Below, piece by piece: positions 48,701 to 59,106 of a stretch of DNA of 64,000 bases. This DNA comes from Azolla caroliniana (lineage: Eukaryota; Plantae; Polypodiophyta), in assembly GCA_043228905.1 (NCBI GenBank), contig JBHGNT010000007.1:13144001-13208000 (forward strand), in the 5' to 3' direction. Position numbers and translations under genes: made by a program. The notes under the pieces were generated by a model. That model saw nothing but the letters and a program-made list of their open reading frames with translations, did no database searches and was not told the DNA's origin. Numbering within the stretch: position 1 is the first letter of the stretch; each line of letters opens with the position of its first letter.

Positions 48701-51700
48701 TTACTCACCACGTGCCCTAGCAAGTTGCCGCTTGCCACTCCAAAGACGCATTTGGCCGGATTTAGGCTCAATTGGTACTCGCGGCACTTCTCCAAGCACA
48801 ACCGGAGGTGATCGAGATGCTCTCCGTGCCGGCTGTAGACCACGAAATTGTCAAGGAAGACCTGCATAAAACCGGGGATATATTCCCCGAAAATTTCCAT
48901 TATCATCCTTTGAAAGGTCGTTGGAGCCGTCTTTAGTCCGAACATCATCATGACTGCGACGAACACTCCCCATTCCGTCACGAACACTGTCTTCTCTTGG
49001 TCGGCCGGGTTCATTCGTATTTGGTTGTAGCCGCTAAATCCATCCAGGAAGCTGTAAACTTCGTGCCCGGCTACCGCATCTAACACCCCGTCCGTAAATG
49101 GTAGTGGAAACGCATCGGTCACTGTTGCGGCATTTAGTTTTCGGTAGTCCACGCATACCCGGATTTTTCCGTTCTTTTTCGGGACCACCACTATCGGACT
49201 CAGCCAGGTTGCCTGCTTGACCGGTCGGATAAATCCGACCCGGAGGAGCTTATCAATTTCCTCCTTCACCTTTGCCGCATAATTCGGATTCATCCGGTAC
49301 CTGCGTTGAGCAATCGGTTTCGCGTCCGTACTTAGGTGAATTTGGTGCTGATAGAGCTGGGGGTCCAACCCTCGCATGTCTTCGTACGACCACGCGAACA
49401 CATCCTTGAAGTCTGTTAACAATGCTACCATTGCCTTCTTTTCTTCCTTCGGCAATTCCTTTGCAACATTTACCAGTCGGGGCTTGTCTGCTGTGCCGAG
49501 GTCCACCTCCTCGAGTTGGGATGCTTTTACCCTCTGGGATATCGTCATTTCCCTCTCTAGGGATTCCTGTGCTTGTCGCAGTTCCCGGATCGCCGCTTGG
49601 TCCGGTTCTTCCGGCGTCGTAATGTACGGTTCTACTGCCTCCGTGATATCCACCTCAAATAGTGGGACGATTTATGGTTGTTCCTCGAGGTACCGCTCGA
49701 CTTCCTCGTCCGGTAATCCCTCCAACATGTTAATGCTTTCCGCATACAATGGAGTTGCTTCCTTATTGGTGATCACCCGTGGTTGCGTCGTTACTCGTAC
49801 CTTTGTTTTCCCTCGCCAGAATGTGATCATGTTCTTTTGCCAGTTTTGCTTGATATGCGCCGTTCGCAGCCATGGTCGTCCTAGCAGTAGGGGGTACGCG
49901 CCTTGTACATTCAGCTGCAGCACCACGGCCGATATCCGGAATACGTGGCCTCCGATCGTTATTTCCAAGTCCCGGATAAGCCCGGTCGGTCGGACTGAGC
50001 TAGTATCCGCCATGCGTAACCAGAAGGGGCATGGTTCCCATTCCCGGATGCCCAGGTCGTTGCATGTCTGTTGGCTGATGACATTTACCCCGGAGCCTCC
50101 GTCAATAATCGTTCCAGCAATTTCCTTTCCTTTCACGATTGCCATGATCGCCGGGCTACTTGTATCGACCACCGTTGGTCCTTCCTCCGGGTTGGAGAAG
50201 AATGCCGGTGCTGGCGTCGGCTTCGGTTTGCTGACGGATGCCTGTAGGTCTGCCGTAAATCGTGGCACTAACTGTAGTAGTCGTGCTAACGGCAGCACGA
50301 TTTGACAGTCTTGTAGCGCTTGCCACGTCGGGTTTTCTCCTGGCTGTATGATTTCTTCGTCTTTTGGCATATTTTGGTCTCTTACTTCTGCCGCATTCTG
50401 TTCATTGGCCTCCTTGATCCATTGTGTCGCTTGTTTTCTGATTGCCTCCTGGGCTTCCCACTCGGCGGTCTTTCCCTTTGACCGGGTTGTGACCTGCTGT
50501 ACCTCTGTTATTTCGGCTGTAACCATGTTGACTTCCGGCTGCTTGTCATAGCTTTTGCTTGGGCATTGGTTACTATAGTGGCCTTCCTTGCGGCAGTAAT
50601 AACAGTACACCTTGTGACTGTTGCTCGTTTCTGCTTTGTCCCCGGTTTGGAGGGTGGGTATGCTCCGGCGGTCGTCTTCGGTTTTTCGGTTATCCGGTAC
50701 CGATACCGGGTTGTCATTCCTTGCTGCCTCCCGACGTTCCTCTCTTCGGAAAAATCCACGCTTCTGATTCCGTCGGAAATTTCGGTTCCCTTGTCGCCTC
50801 TCTTCTCTGCGTCGGTCGTATTCCGGGGCTTCGTCTCGGTCGTACCGGTCCCGGGGGTAGCTATCTTTGCGTCTCTCCTCTCAGTCATAGTTGTTGCGTC
50901 TTGTGTCAGCGTATCCTTGTCGCCTCTCTTCTCTGCGTCGGTCGTCTTCCGGGGATTCGTCTCTGTCGTACCGGTCCCGGGGGTAGCTATCTCTGCGTCT
51001 CTCCTCTCGGTCATAGTTGTCGCGTCTTCTATCAGCGTATCTGTTACCGCGTTCGCGTTGGTAGCGGTCGTCTCTCCGGAATCGATCCTCGTCCGGGTTC
51101 TGATTGCGCGGTTTTATGTGTCGAACCGGTGCTGCCTGCCGATTTAACAGGTTATATTCGCATCAGTCCGTTGTATGGGCTCGAGAGTTGCAGATCACAC
51201 ATTGTGTCCGCAGGGTGCAGTCCACTGTTGAGTGCCCCGAATTTAGGCATGTTGTGCATTGTAAGGCCTGTCGGAACCTCAGGTCTTCCTCCTTTGGGAG
51301 TGCCCGGTGTAACATCCCCATCGACAAGAAGGGGCTAGTCTTGTCCATTTCTAAAACCCGATCAATAACTTGGTCCATTGTGCTGGTTTGGAAATCAAGG
51401 ACTCCGCACATTGTTCGAAGTGGCTCTTTCAGTGCGGCCAAAAAGACTGCTTTGGCTTCGTCTTCGGGTGGTGCTCTTGTCAGTTGGCTGTGCAGGGTCT
51501 GGAACCGAATGATGAATTGTGGCATAGTCTTGTTCTCTTCCTGCCGGGTGGTGTAGAACTGCCCGACCAATTCCCTTTGCTCAAATTGTCTGTGAAAAAC
51601 CCTGAGGAATCTGGCTTTCAAGGCATCGAATGTGGCAAAGGTGCCTGGTAAGTGCTTTGCGTGCCATTGGGCCGCCAGTCCTTCTAAGGTGATGCCGAAT

Positions 51701-52889
51701 TCGGCGATTTTGGGATCGTTCGGCTTCGGGCTCCGTCAGTCTTTGGGAGATATGGTTGGCTTCCCATGTTTGGAGGAATGCGTACACGTGTGCCTCCGCG
51801 TCGGCATCATCCCGGTACTTTGGGTATGGGTACGACATCGTGTCGTCCAACTGACTCTCCTGTTTCCTCCGCTCTTTGTCCGCTGTTGGCGTTGGTGTGA
51901 GAACCTTTGGTTCCCCCGCGGGTGTTGCCGGTGTCCGGTCCGTTGGTTCCTCCGCGGGTGTTGTCGGTATCCGCTCCTTCGGTTCCCTCACGGTTGTTGT
52001 CGGTATCCGGTCAGCCTTCCTCGGTGGTTGCCGGTCACCGAATTCCAGGGTTATTTCTTCCTCTGGCGCCGGTGTTACTGAGTCTTCCGACCCCTCGTCC
52101 TCCCGGTCATTTGGTGTGTCGTGGCTGCTTTTATACCGGGATGCAACGCTTCCGTCGCTTTCCGACTCCGCCTCAAGTGTTGCGAATGCTTCCGAGTCCC
52201 CGTCGCCCGCGGCGAGCGTCTGCAGTATCGTTTCCACCTCTTGCAGGCTTGTTATGCTACTGCCTTCGTCGGGGATTTGCAGAACCCGGAACTGCAGTGC
52301 TTCTTCTGCGACTCTCCGAAGAGTTTTGGAGAATGACCGATCCCGCCGGATCTCGTCGACGGCTTGCTGCAGGGCTTCCCGTCGTTGCTCGCGTTCGGTG
52401 TATCGTCTCCCTCGTTCGGTGATGTGGTCGTCGTTTGGTCTAGACATCCATCCCCCGGTTGTCCTCTGCACTTTGCAGGAATCGTGGTTGCCAAAATAGT
52501 GTTATCTGTCTGGCCGGACTAGCCTCAACACAGGTGTCTATCCGACACTTCTCCAAAGGGGTGGTAAGGATTGGATGCTAGGTTACACGCATAAGATGAT
52601 TATAATTAAGCACAGACGGCAAACAATACGAGATATAGATAAATACGCAATAATTACTATTGTATTACTTCCGTCAAAAAACTTTACAAATCATCGGATC
52701 CTTTTATAGGCATCCGGCAAGGTTACAATCGGTGCGCTTAGGCAACCGACATCCGAATCGGTTCGGATCCGGATCGGTACAACTGTACCGAATCCGTCCC
52801 TCCGAATAATAATTCTACTATTATTTACTTCCTATTATCCGATCCGATTCCGCCTTCCCACTTGTCCTTGCTCTTCTGACCGGCCAACA
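42713..52889 (-). mobile_element. Element H: full-length 10.2-kb non-chromovirus Gypsy with a large 3' extra ORF
   Basis: LTRs 42713-43102 and 52500-52889 (about 3 differences); TSD catca/catcc; gag 52471-50550, protease (IIDGGSG), RT/RNase H 48139-49653, integrase 46513-48018. Confidence 0.95.
43150..46050 (-). CDS. Extra ORF3 of H (conserved N-terminal domain plus long coiled coil), function unknown, one interruption
   Basis: ORFs 43971-46325 and 43038-43922; likely start MVLSEEARQW; homologous to the ORFs at the same position in G and J; boundaries approximate. Confidence 0.75.
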
Positions 52890-55800
52890 CATCCCTTGTT
52901 CAACCATTTGGCCGACCGAGACCAAATTCTTCGTGATGGTGGGAACATGCAAGACATTTTTAATGTATGTTTGCTTACCTCTTTCGCCGAACGGAACATT
53001 GCCGATGTGCCGAATCGGGTACGTAGTGTCATCTCCGGTTTCAAAATAACCGGGTCGCTCCGGCTCTTGAAGTTCGAGAAACCATTCTTTGTGGGATGTC
53101 ATATGGTTTGAGGCTCCGGAGTCAACAAACCATACGTCCTCCGGATTGAGGGCACTAGTTGAGGTAGAGGCCGACATAGAGTTTGCTCTATGTTTCATCA
53201 TGAACATTACCCCACGGTCGGAGTTGTATGCGTACATTCCGCCACGATCCTCGTAGTCAGAGTTGTGCCCGTACATTCCGCTATACTCTTCGTAGTCGGA
53301 ATTGTGCGCGTAATTCGTGAGTTGTCGGCTTGTGGAAGCCGATTCACGCATCTTCTTTTGGCACTCTTCTTCGTGGTGGCCGAGCTTTCCGCAATATCCG
53401 CATTTGGTTGCGTTTTGACGGCTTGGGCCGGAGTGGAAACTCCCCCTTCTTGCGAAGGTTCCTCGTTGGCCTCCGTTTTGCGGCCGAAATTGGGAGTTGT
53501 TGTCGTAGGTCGGACCTCGTCCGCCTTGTCCTTGGCCGAATCGGCCTCTCGCTCGTCCGCGTCCTCTTCCTCCATTAGAGTGTGTGTAGAGCATGTGGCC
53601 TTCTGACTCATTGCTCCTTGTAAGCACGTGGTTTTCTTCGACCAATAGCATTGATTGGAGCTCGAAGAAGGAGGGAGATTTCTCCTGTGCTAGCACGGCG
53701 GTTCGCATCGCGCCGAACCGTGGTGCGAGGCCGCCGAGGCATATTTGCAGCATCTCATCATCATCTATACTTATGCTTATTGAGCCGAGCGAGTCGTAAA
53801 GCTCCTTGATCTTCAAGGTGTATGTCGTGATGGACATGTCCCGTTGTTGAATGTTGTTCAACTCTTGGCGGAGTTGAAGCTTTCTCGTGGTCGTGTTGGG
53901 GCGAAAATCTTTCGTAGATTTTCCCATGCTTCCCTTGGCGTCTTGGCTTCTTGAATGTAATTGAGCATCAAGCAATACATCACGTGGCTTGCGGCTTGCT
54001 CCTATGTCGCGTATCCGGGAGCCGCTTTGGCGGGTCGGTCTTCATGCGCTCCTTTGATATAGCTCCAATTGGCTTGTCTGACAAGGTATTGGTGCATCTT
54101 GTACTCCCAAGATGCGATGTTGTTTCGATCCAACTTCTTGGTAGGGAGAGCGCTCCCCATTTGAGTATTCATTATGTCGATTCTTCTTCTTCTTCTTCTC
54201 TCTTCGAATGCGAGCTATGTAGCGAAGCTACAATAGCGATGAGCCGGTTCTTGGTCGTTGGCGTGGAGCGCAACACACGATCACGATGAGGCGAATGGGC
54301 TAGATCGAGCTACCAAATCGCTCTGATACCATGTAAAGAATCAAGAGATGGATTCTTGTGATGCGGAAGAGATGTGAGTTATGTGTGTGTGTGTCTCTCT
54401 CTTACACACACACAGAGAATACACAAGGTAAAAGTATATTGACAAAGGAGAAAGACTCAACATTATACAAGGTGGGAGGAGGGTGCTTTATGTAGTCACC
54501 CTCTCTCTTCATTAAGTACAAGACTCATGGAGCATGGGGAATGTGAAAGCTCATAAGTTATATGTCATAGAATATGATTCTATGACTCATACTAAATGCT
54601 AGAATACAAAGTGGTGACATAATGGTGACTCTTGACCGTTGGAGTGTCTCTTCACTCTCAAGGTGAGTTCACACACTAGACCAAGTTGAGCTTGATTCTC
54701 AACAACCTCTTTCGCCGAACGGAACATTGCCAATGTGCCGAATCGGGTACGTAGTGTTATCTCTGGTTTCGATATAACCAGGTCGCTTCAGATCTCGAAG
54801 TTCGAGAAACCATTCTTTATGAGATGTCATATGGTTTGAGGCTCCGGAGTCAACAAACCATACGTCCTCCGGATTGAGGGCACTAATTGAGGTAGAGGCC
54901 AACATAGAGTTTGCTCTATGTTTCATCATGAACATTCCGCCATAGTTGGAGTTGTGTGCATACATTCCGCCACGATCTTAGTAGTCGGAGTTGTGCCTGT
55001 ACATTCCGCTATACTCTTCGTAGTCGGAATTGTGCACGTAATTCGTGAGTTGTCGGCTTGTGGAAGCCGATTCGCGCATCTTCTTTCGGCACTCTTCTTC
55101 GTGGTGGCCGAGCTTTCCGCAATATCCGCATTCGGTTGCGTTTTGACGGCTTGGGCCGGAGTGGAAGCTCCCCCTTATTGCGTAGTTTCCTCGTTGGCTT
55201 CCGTTTTGCGGCCGAAATTGGGAGTTGTTGTCATAGGTTGGACCTCGTCCACCTTGTCCTTGGCCGAATCGGCCTTTCACTCGTTTGCGTCCTCTTCCTC
55301 CGTTCGAGTGCATGTAGAGCATGTGGCCTTCCGACTCATTGCTCCTTGTAAGCACGTGGTTTTCTTCGACCAATTGCATTGATTGGAGCTCGAAGAAGGA
55401 GGGAGATTTCTCCCTTGCTAGAACGGCGGTTCGCATCGCGCTGAACCGTGGTGCGAGGCCGCCGAGGCATATTTGCACCATCTCATCATCATCGATATTT
55501 ACGCTTATCGAGCCAAGCGAGTCGCAAAGCTCCTTGATCTTCAAGGTGTATGTCATGATGGACATTTCCCTTTGTTGAATGTTGTTCAACTCTTGGCGGA
55601 GTTGAAGCCTTCTTGCAGTTGTGTTTGCCGCGAAAATCTTTTGTAGATTTTCCCATGCCTCCTTCGACGTCTTGGCTTCGCGAATGTAGCTGAGCATGTG
55701 ATCATGAACACATGTCGCCAAGCAATACATCACACGGCTTGCGGCTTGCTCCCATGTCGTGTATCCGGGAGCCGTTTCGACGGGTCGGTCTTCATGCGCT

Positions 55801-57580
55801 CCTTTGATGTAGCTCCAATTGCCTTGTCCGACAAGGTATTGGTGCATCTTGTACTCCCAAGATGCAATGTTGTTTCGATCCAACTTCTCGGTAGGGAGAG
55901 CGCTCCCCATTTGAGTATTCATTATGTCGATTCTTCTTCTTCTTCTTCTTCTCTCTTCGAATGCGAGCTATGTAGCAAAGCTATGATGGCGATGAGCTAG
56001 TTCTTGGTCGTCAGCGTAGGACACAACGCACGCGGATGGGCTAGATCTAGCTACCAATTCGCTCTGATAGCATGTAAAGAATCAAGAGATGGATTCTGTG
56101 TAGCAGAATAGATATGAACTGTGTGTGTGTATGAGAGAGAGAGTGAGTGAGTGAGAGAGACAAGGAGTAAGACACAGAGAATACGCACGGTAAAGTATAT
56201 TAACAAAGGAGAAAGACTCAACATTCTACAAGGTGGGAGGAGGGTGCTTTATATAGTCACCCTCTCTTTTCATTAACTACAAGACTCATGGAGCATGGGG
56301 AATGTGAAAGCTCATAAGTTATGTGTCATAGAATATGATTCTATGACTCATACTAAATGCTAGAATACAAAGTGGTGACATAATGGTGACTCTTGACCGT
56401 TGGAGTGTCTATTCACTCTCAAGGTGAGTTCACACACTAGACCAAGTTGAGCTTCATTCTCAACACAACCAAATCCTCGAACAATACCTCCGGTGTACCG
56501 CGAGCTACCAACAAGAAGATTGGGTGGAGTTCCTTGCAATGGCGGAATTTGCCTACAATAATAGTATCCACGCTTCAATTAAGGTTTCCCCCTTCTTTGC
56601 AAACTATGGATTTCACCCTCGTTTCAGCATTTCCATACCTACAACTTTGGTCAATTCTTCGGCAGAGATGCATGCCCGCACTTTGCACAATGTCCATTGA
56701 GACCGCTCCCTGGAGCTCCGTGTCATTGGCGACCAGTATAAAGATCAGGCGAACCAACATCGCTTGATTGCATCGACATTTGCAGTCGGGGACATGGTTT
56801 GGTTGTTACGTCAACACCACACGTCATTGTGCAAAATTGGACTACAAAAGACTAGGCCCCTTCTGTATCATTGAGCGGATCAACCCAGTCACCTTCCGGT
56901 TAGCACTTCCTCCAACATTTAGGATTCACGATGTTTTTCACATTTCCCTCCTCGAACTCTACCATCCTTCTCGAATTCCTGGATGACAACCTCCTCCACG
57001 CCACTTGTGGAATTGTCAACGGGGGAGGAATATGAGGTTGAAAAAATCCTCGACAACTCCAATATTTGATCTTATGGAAAGGTTACCCCATTTCGGACAC
57101 CACATAGGAACTGGTTACACATTTACAAAATGCTCCAAAGGCCATTTGCGATTTTAATCAACAATACCTACATAAGCCGATCGTGGGTCATGGGAGCTAT
57201 CCTCTGAGGGAGGAAAATGTCATGGACACGATGGAATGTAGGGGGTTGAACCCATAACCTTACCAGTTGAGCTACATCCATCTATGCATTATTGTATTGT
57301 ATAAGATTCAACTTATTACATTGTAGATTAATCACTAGAACTTTCAAGAAACTTCTAGAGTATGCATCTTCATGCACTCTCTAAATGTTTCCTAACTTAC
57401 ATGCATATCTCGACATTCTTGTATAAATACTCGGGTGCACCTTGATTACAGTCAAGGTGAACAACACCAGTTACGGAACCATAATTCAATTCTCGCCCTC
57501 TTGTCTATTTCCTCTCTCTCTCTCTCTCTCTCTGTATTTAGCCTCGTGTAGTTGTCCATGGCCTCGTCTACTCGTCCGCG

Positions 57581-58067
57581 TTGGATGAATAATAACATTA
57601 TGGGGTAAGGCAATGTGATAAACAAATGATCCAACTCGATTAAGGATTTCAATGGGACCCTAATATGGCGGGGCCTAACTTAGAGCACTCGCCCATAGAT
57701 AATGACTTAGTGTCTATAGGTACACACAAAACCTTTTGACCAATAGTAAACACGTGAGGAAGTAAATTATGATTAGCATAAAATAGGACATAGACTTGAG
57801 CTACTTTAATATTTTCCTTGGCAATATGTAATATTCGGTTCATGTCTCACAAAACATTGCGTGTGTTGTTTAATGCATCACGATGAATTGTGACATACTT
57901 GGGCACGTGGTTTAAAACCATACATCAACATAAAAGGACTACATCATGTGAATGTATGTTTCGAGCTATTATAGGTAAATTGTAAGATAGGAAGGTATTG
58001 CTCCCACTTAGAAGGGGTTTTTGCTACATAAGCCTGATATATGTCCTCAATAATTTGATTAGCCCGT
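57581..58067 (-). pseudogene. Decayed Gypsy integrase C-terminal fragment related to the 2728-6387 element
   Basis: ILHIAKENIKVAQ..KSLSMGECSKLGP resembles SKTLSIGKCVKLAPWFCGPF at 5534-5620. Confidence 0.7.
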
Positions 58068-59106
58068 TGTCGTGTTGTTACGCTCACGTGTATGGAAAAA
58101 GGCGGGACTACAGGGGCCCTGAACTGAGGAGCGCGAGAGAGAAGAGGAAGAGAGATTCACAGAAACACGGAGAGACAAAAACGAAAGAATCAATTCCAAT
58201 AACAGTATAGATTATAGAGCTTGCAATGTTACAATCGGCAAGCCGGTGACAGACTCAACACAGACGAACACGCGCGCTGAAGTATGTGGTGGAGCCTCTA
58301 TCGGAAGCACGCGAGCTTTCACGCAACAGAGGCAGCCAACCTGACCCAAAATCCCTGTAGAAACAACAACGATGGTGGAGGAGAGAGCTCGGTTCCCAGT
58401 CAGACAACATTTTGTCCTCACATAAATGAGCGATCCCTCACTTAGCCCTTTTCCTCTCCTTTTATAGCACAAGGAGAGAGAGACGTTACAGACTATTACA
58501 TCACTTTTATTCTCTGTCCTACCAGATAGAGATCCTCTTCGATTCCCTACCTAAATGCATTCGTGCTACCTAGGATAATTACATCGCCTACCTGTTCTTA
58601 ACTATGTGCATACATCAAAACATGTGCCCATGTGTAAGGGCCGATTTACGTACACTATCCACCGATTCCTCCTAGGGACGGTTTTCTCCACGACATCTGC
58701 CCCCACCTAACCGCGCATCCTCTGGTATGCGCCAAAATAGACTTCTGCCGGAGAAGATCGACCCGCGATATCTTTCACTCTCCGGTTCGCCACTTGCTCC
58801 GAACCGGTCATCGTCGCCATCCATTCCCGACTTGGCCTCCGCAGGCCCGTACCAACGCCTTTACAATCGGCCCGTGTCCACGTTCCACCTTCCCGTTTGC
58901 CTTCGGATTGTATGCCATAGTGAGCGAGAGTTTAACCCCTAACGTTTCAAATAGCTCTTCGACCTCTTGTGCATCCAGTTCTCCACGGTCTTCTACGATC
59001 TTCCCTACACACCCGTACCGACATACCACCTCCTCGATTAGGAACTGGCACATGACTGCGGTCGTTTTGTTTGGTAATGCTCGGCCCTCCACCTGGTTTG
59101 TCAGAT
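58068..59106 (-). mobile_element. Element K: 3' LTR plus integrase fragment (ERGH-type Gypsy), interrupted by J
   Basis: LTR 58068-58695 (tgtcgtg..cacgaca), then tctgcccccacc (PPT complement); integrase core AYNPKANGKVERGHGPIVKAL. Confidence 0.78.

Larger units (their letters stand above)
39059..54704 (-). mobile_element. Element E2: Copia of the same family as E, nested in its protease region; hosts H
   Basis: LTRs 39059-39447 and 54332-54704; TSD ACCTC; Met-i PBS 54320-54331; RT/RNase H/integrase 39693-42712, gag/protease 52895-54171. Confidence 0.95.
29632..56465 (-). mobile_element. Element E: Ty1/Copia LTR retrotransposon inserted in the integrase of A; hosts F, G and E2
   Basis: LTRs 29632-30022 and 56073-56465; TSD CAACC; PBS gctctgatagca next to 56073; RT/RNase H 30240-33055, pre-integrase 38751-39058, gag/protease 54710-55922. 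Confidence 0.95.
12354..57580 (+). mobile_element. Element A: old Tcn1-like Ty3/Gypsy chromovirus (~5.4 kb of its own sequence) hosting ~40 kb of nested insertions
   Basis: LTRs 12354-12802 and 57218-~57580; PPT gagggaggaaaa before 57218. Colinear degenerate pieces: gag/protease 12831-14324, RT 19852-20729, RT/RNase H 22400-23413, integrase 29172-29631, integrase-GPF-chromodomain 56471-57200. The last bases of the 3' LTR and the right TSD are not visible. Confidence 0.9.

Noticed and set aside
49376-52499. Long plus-strand ORFs (e.g. 49376-50305, 50559-51338, 51876-52499)
   Set aside because: Antisense shadows of GC-rich gag-pol; no recognisable domains.
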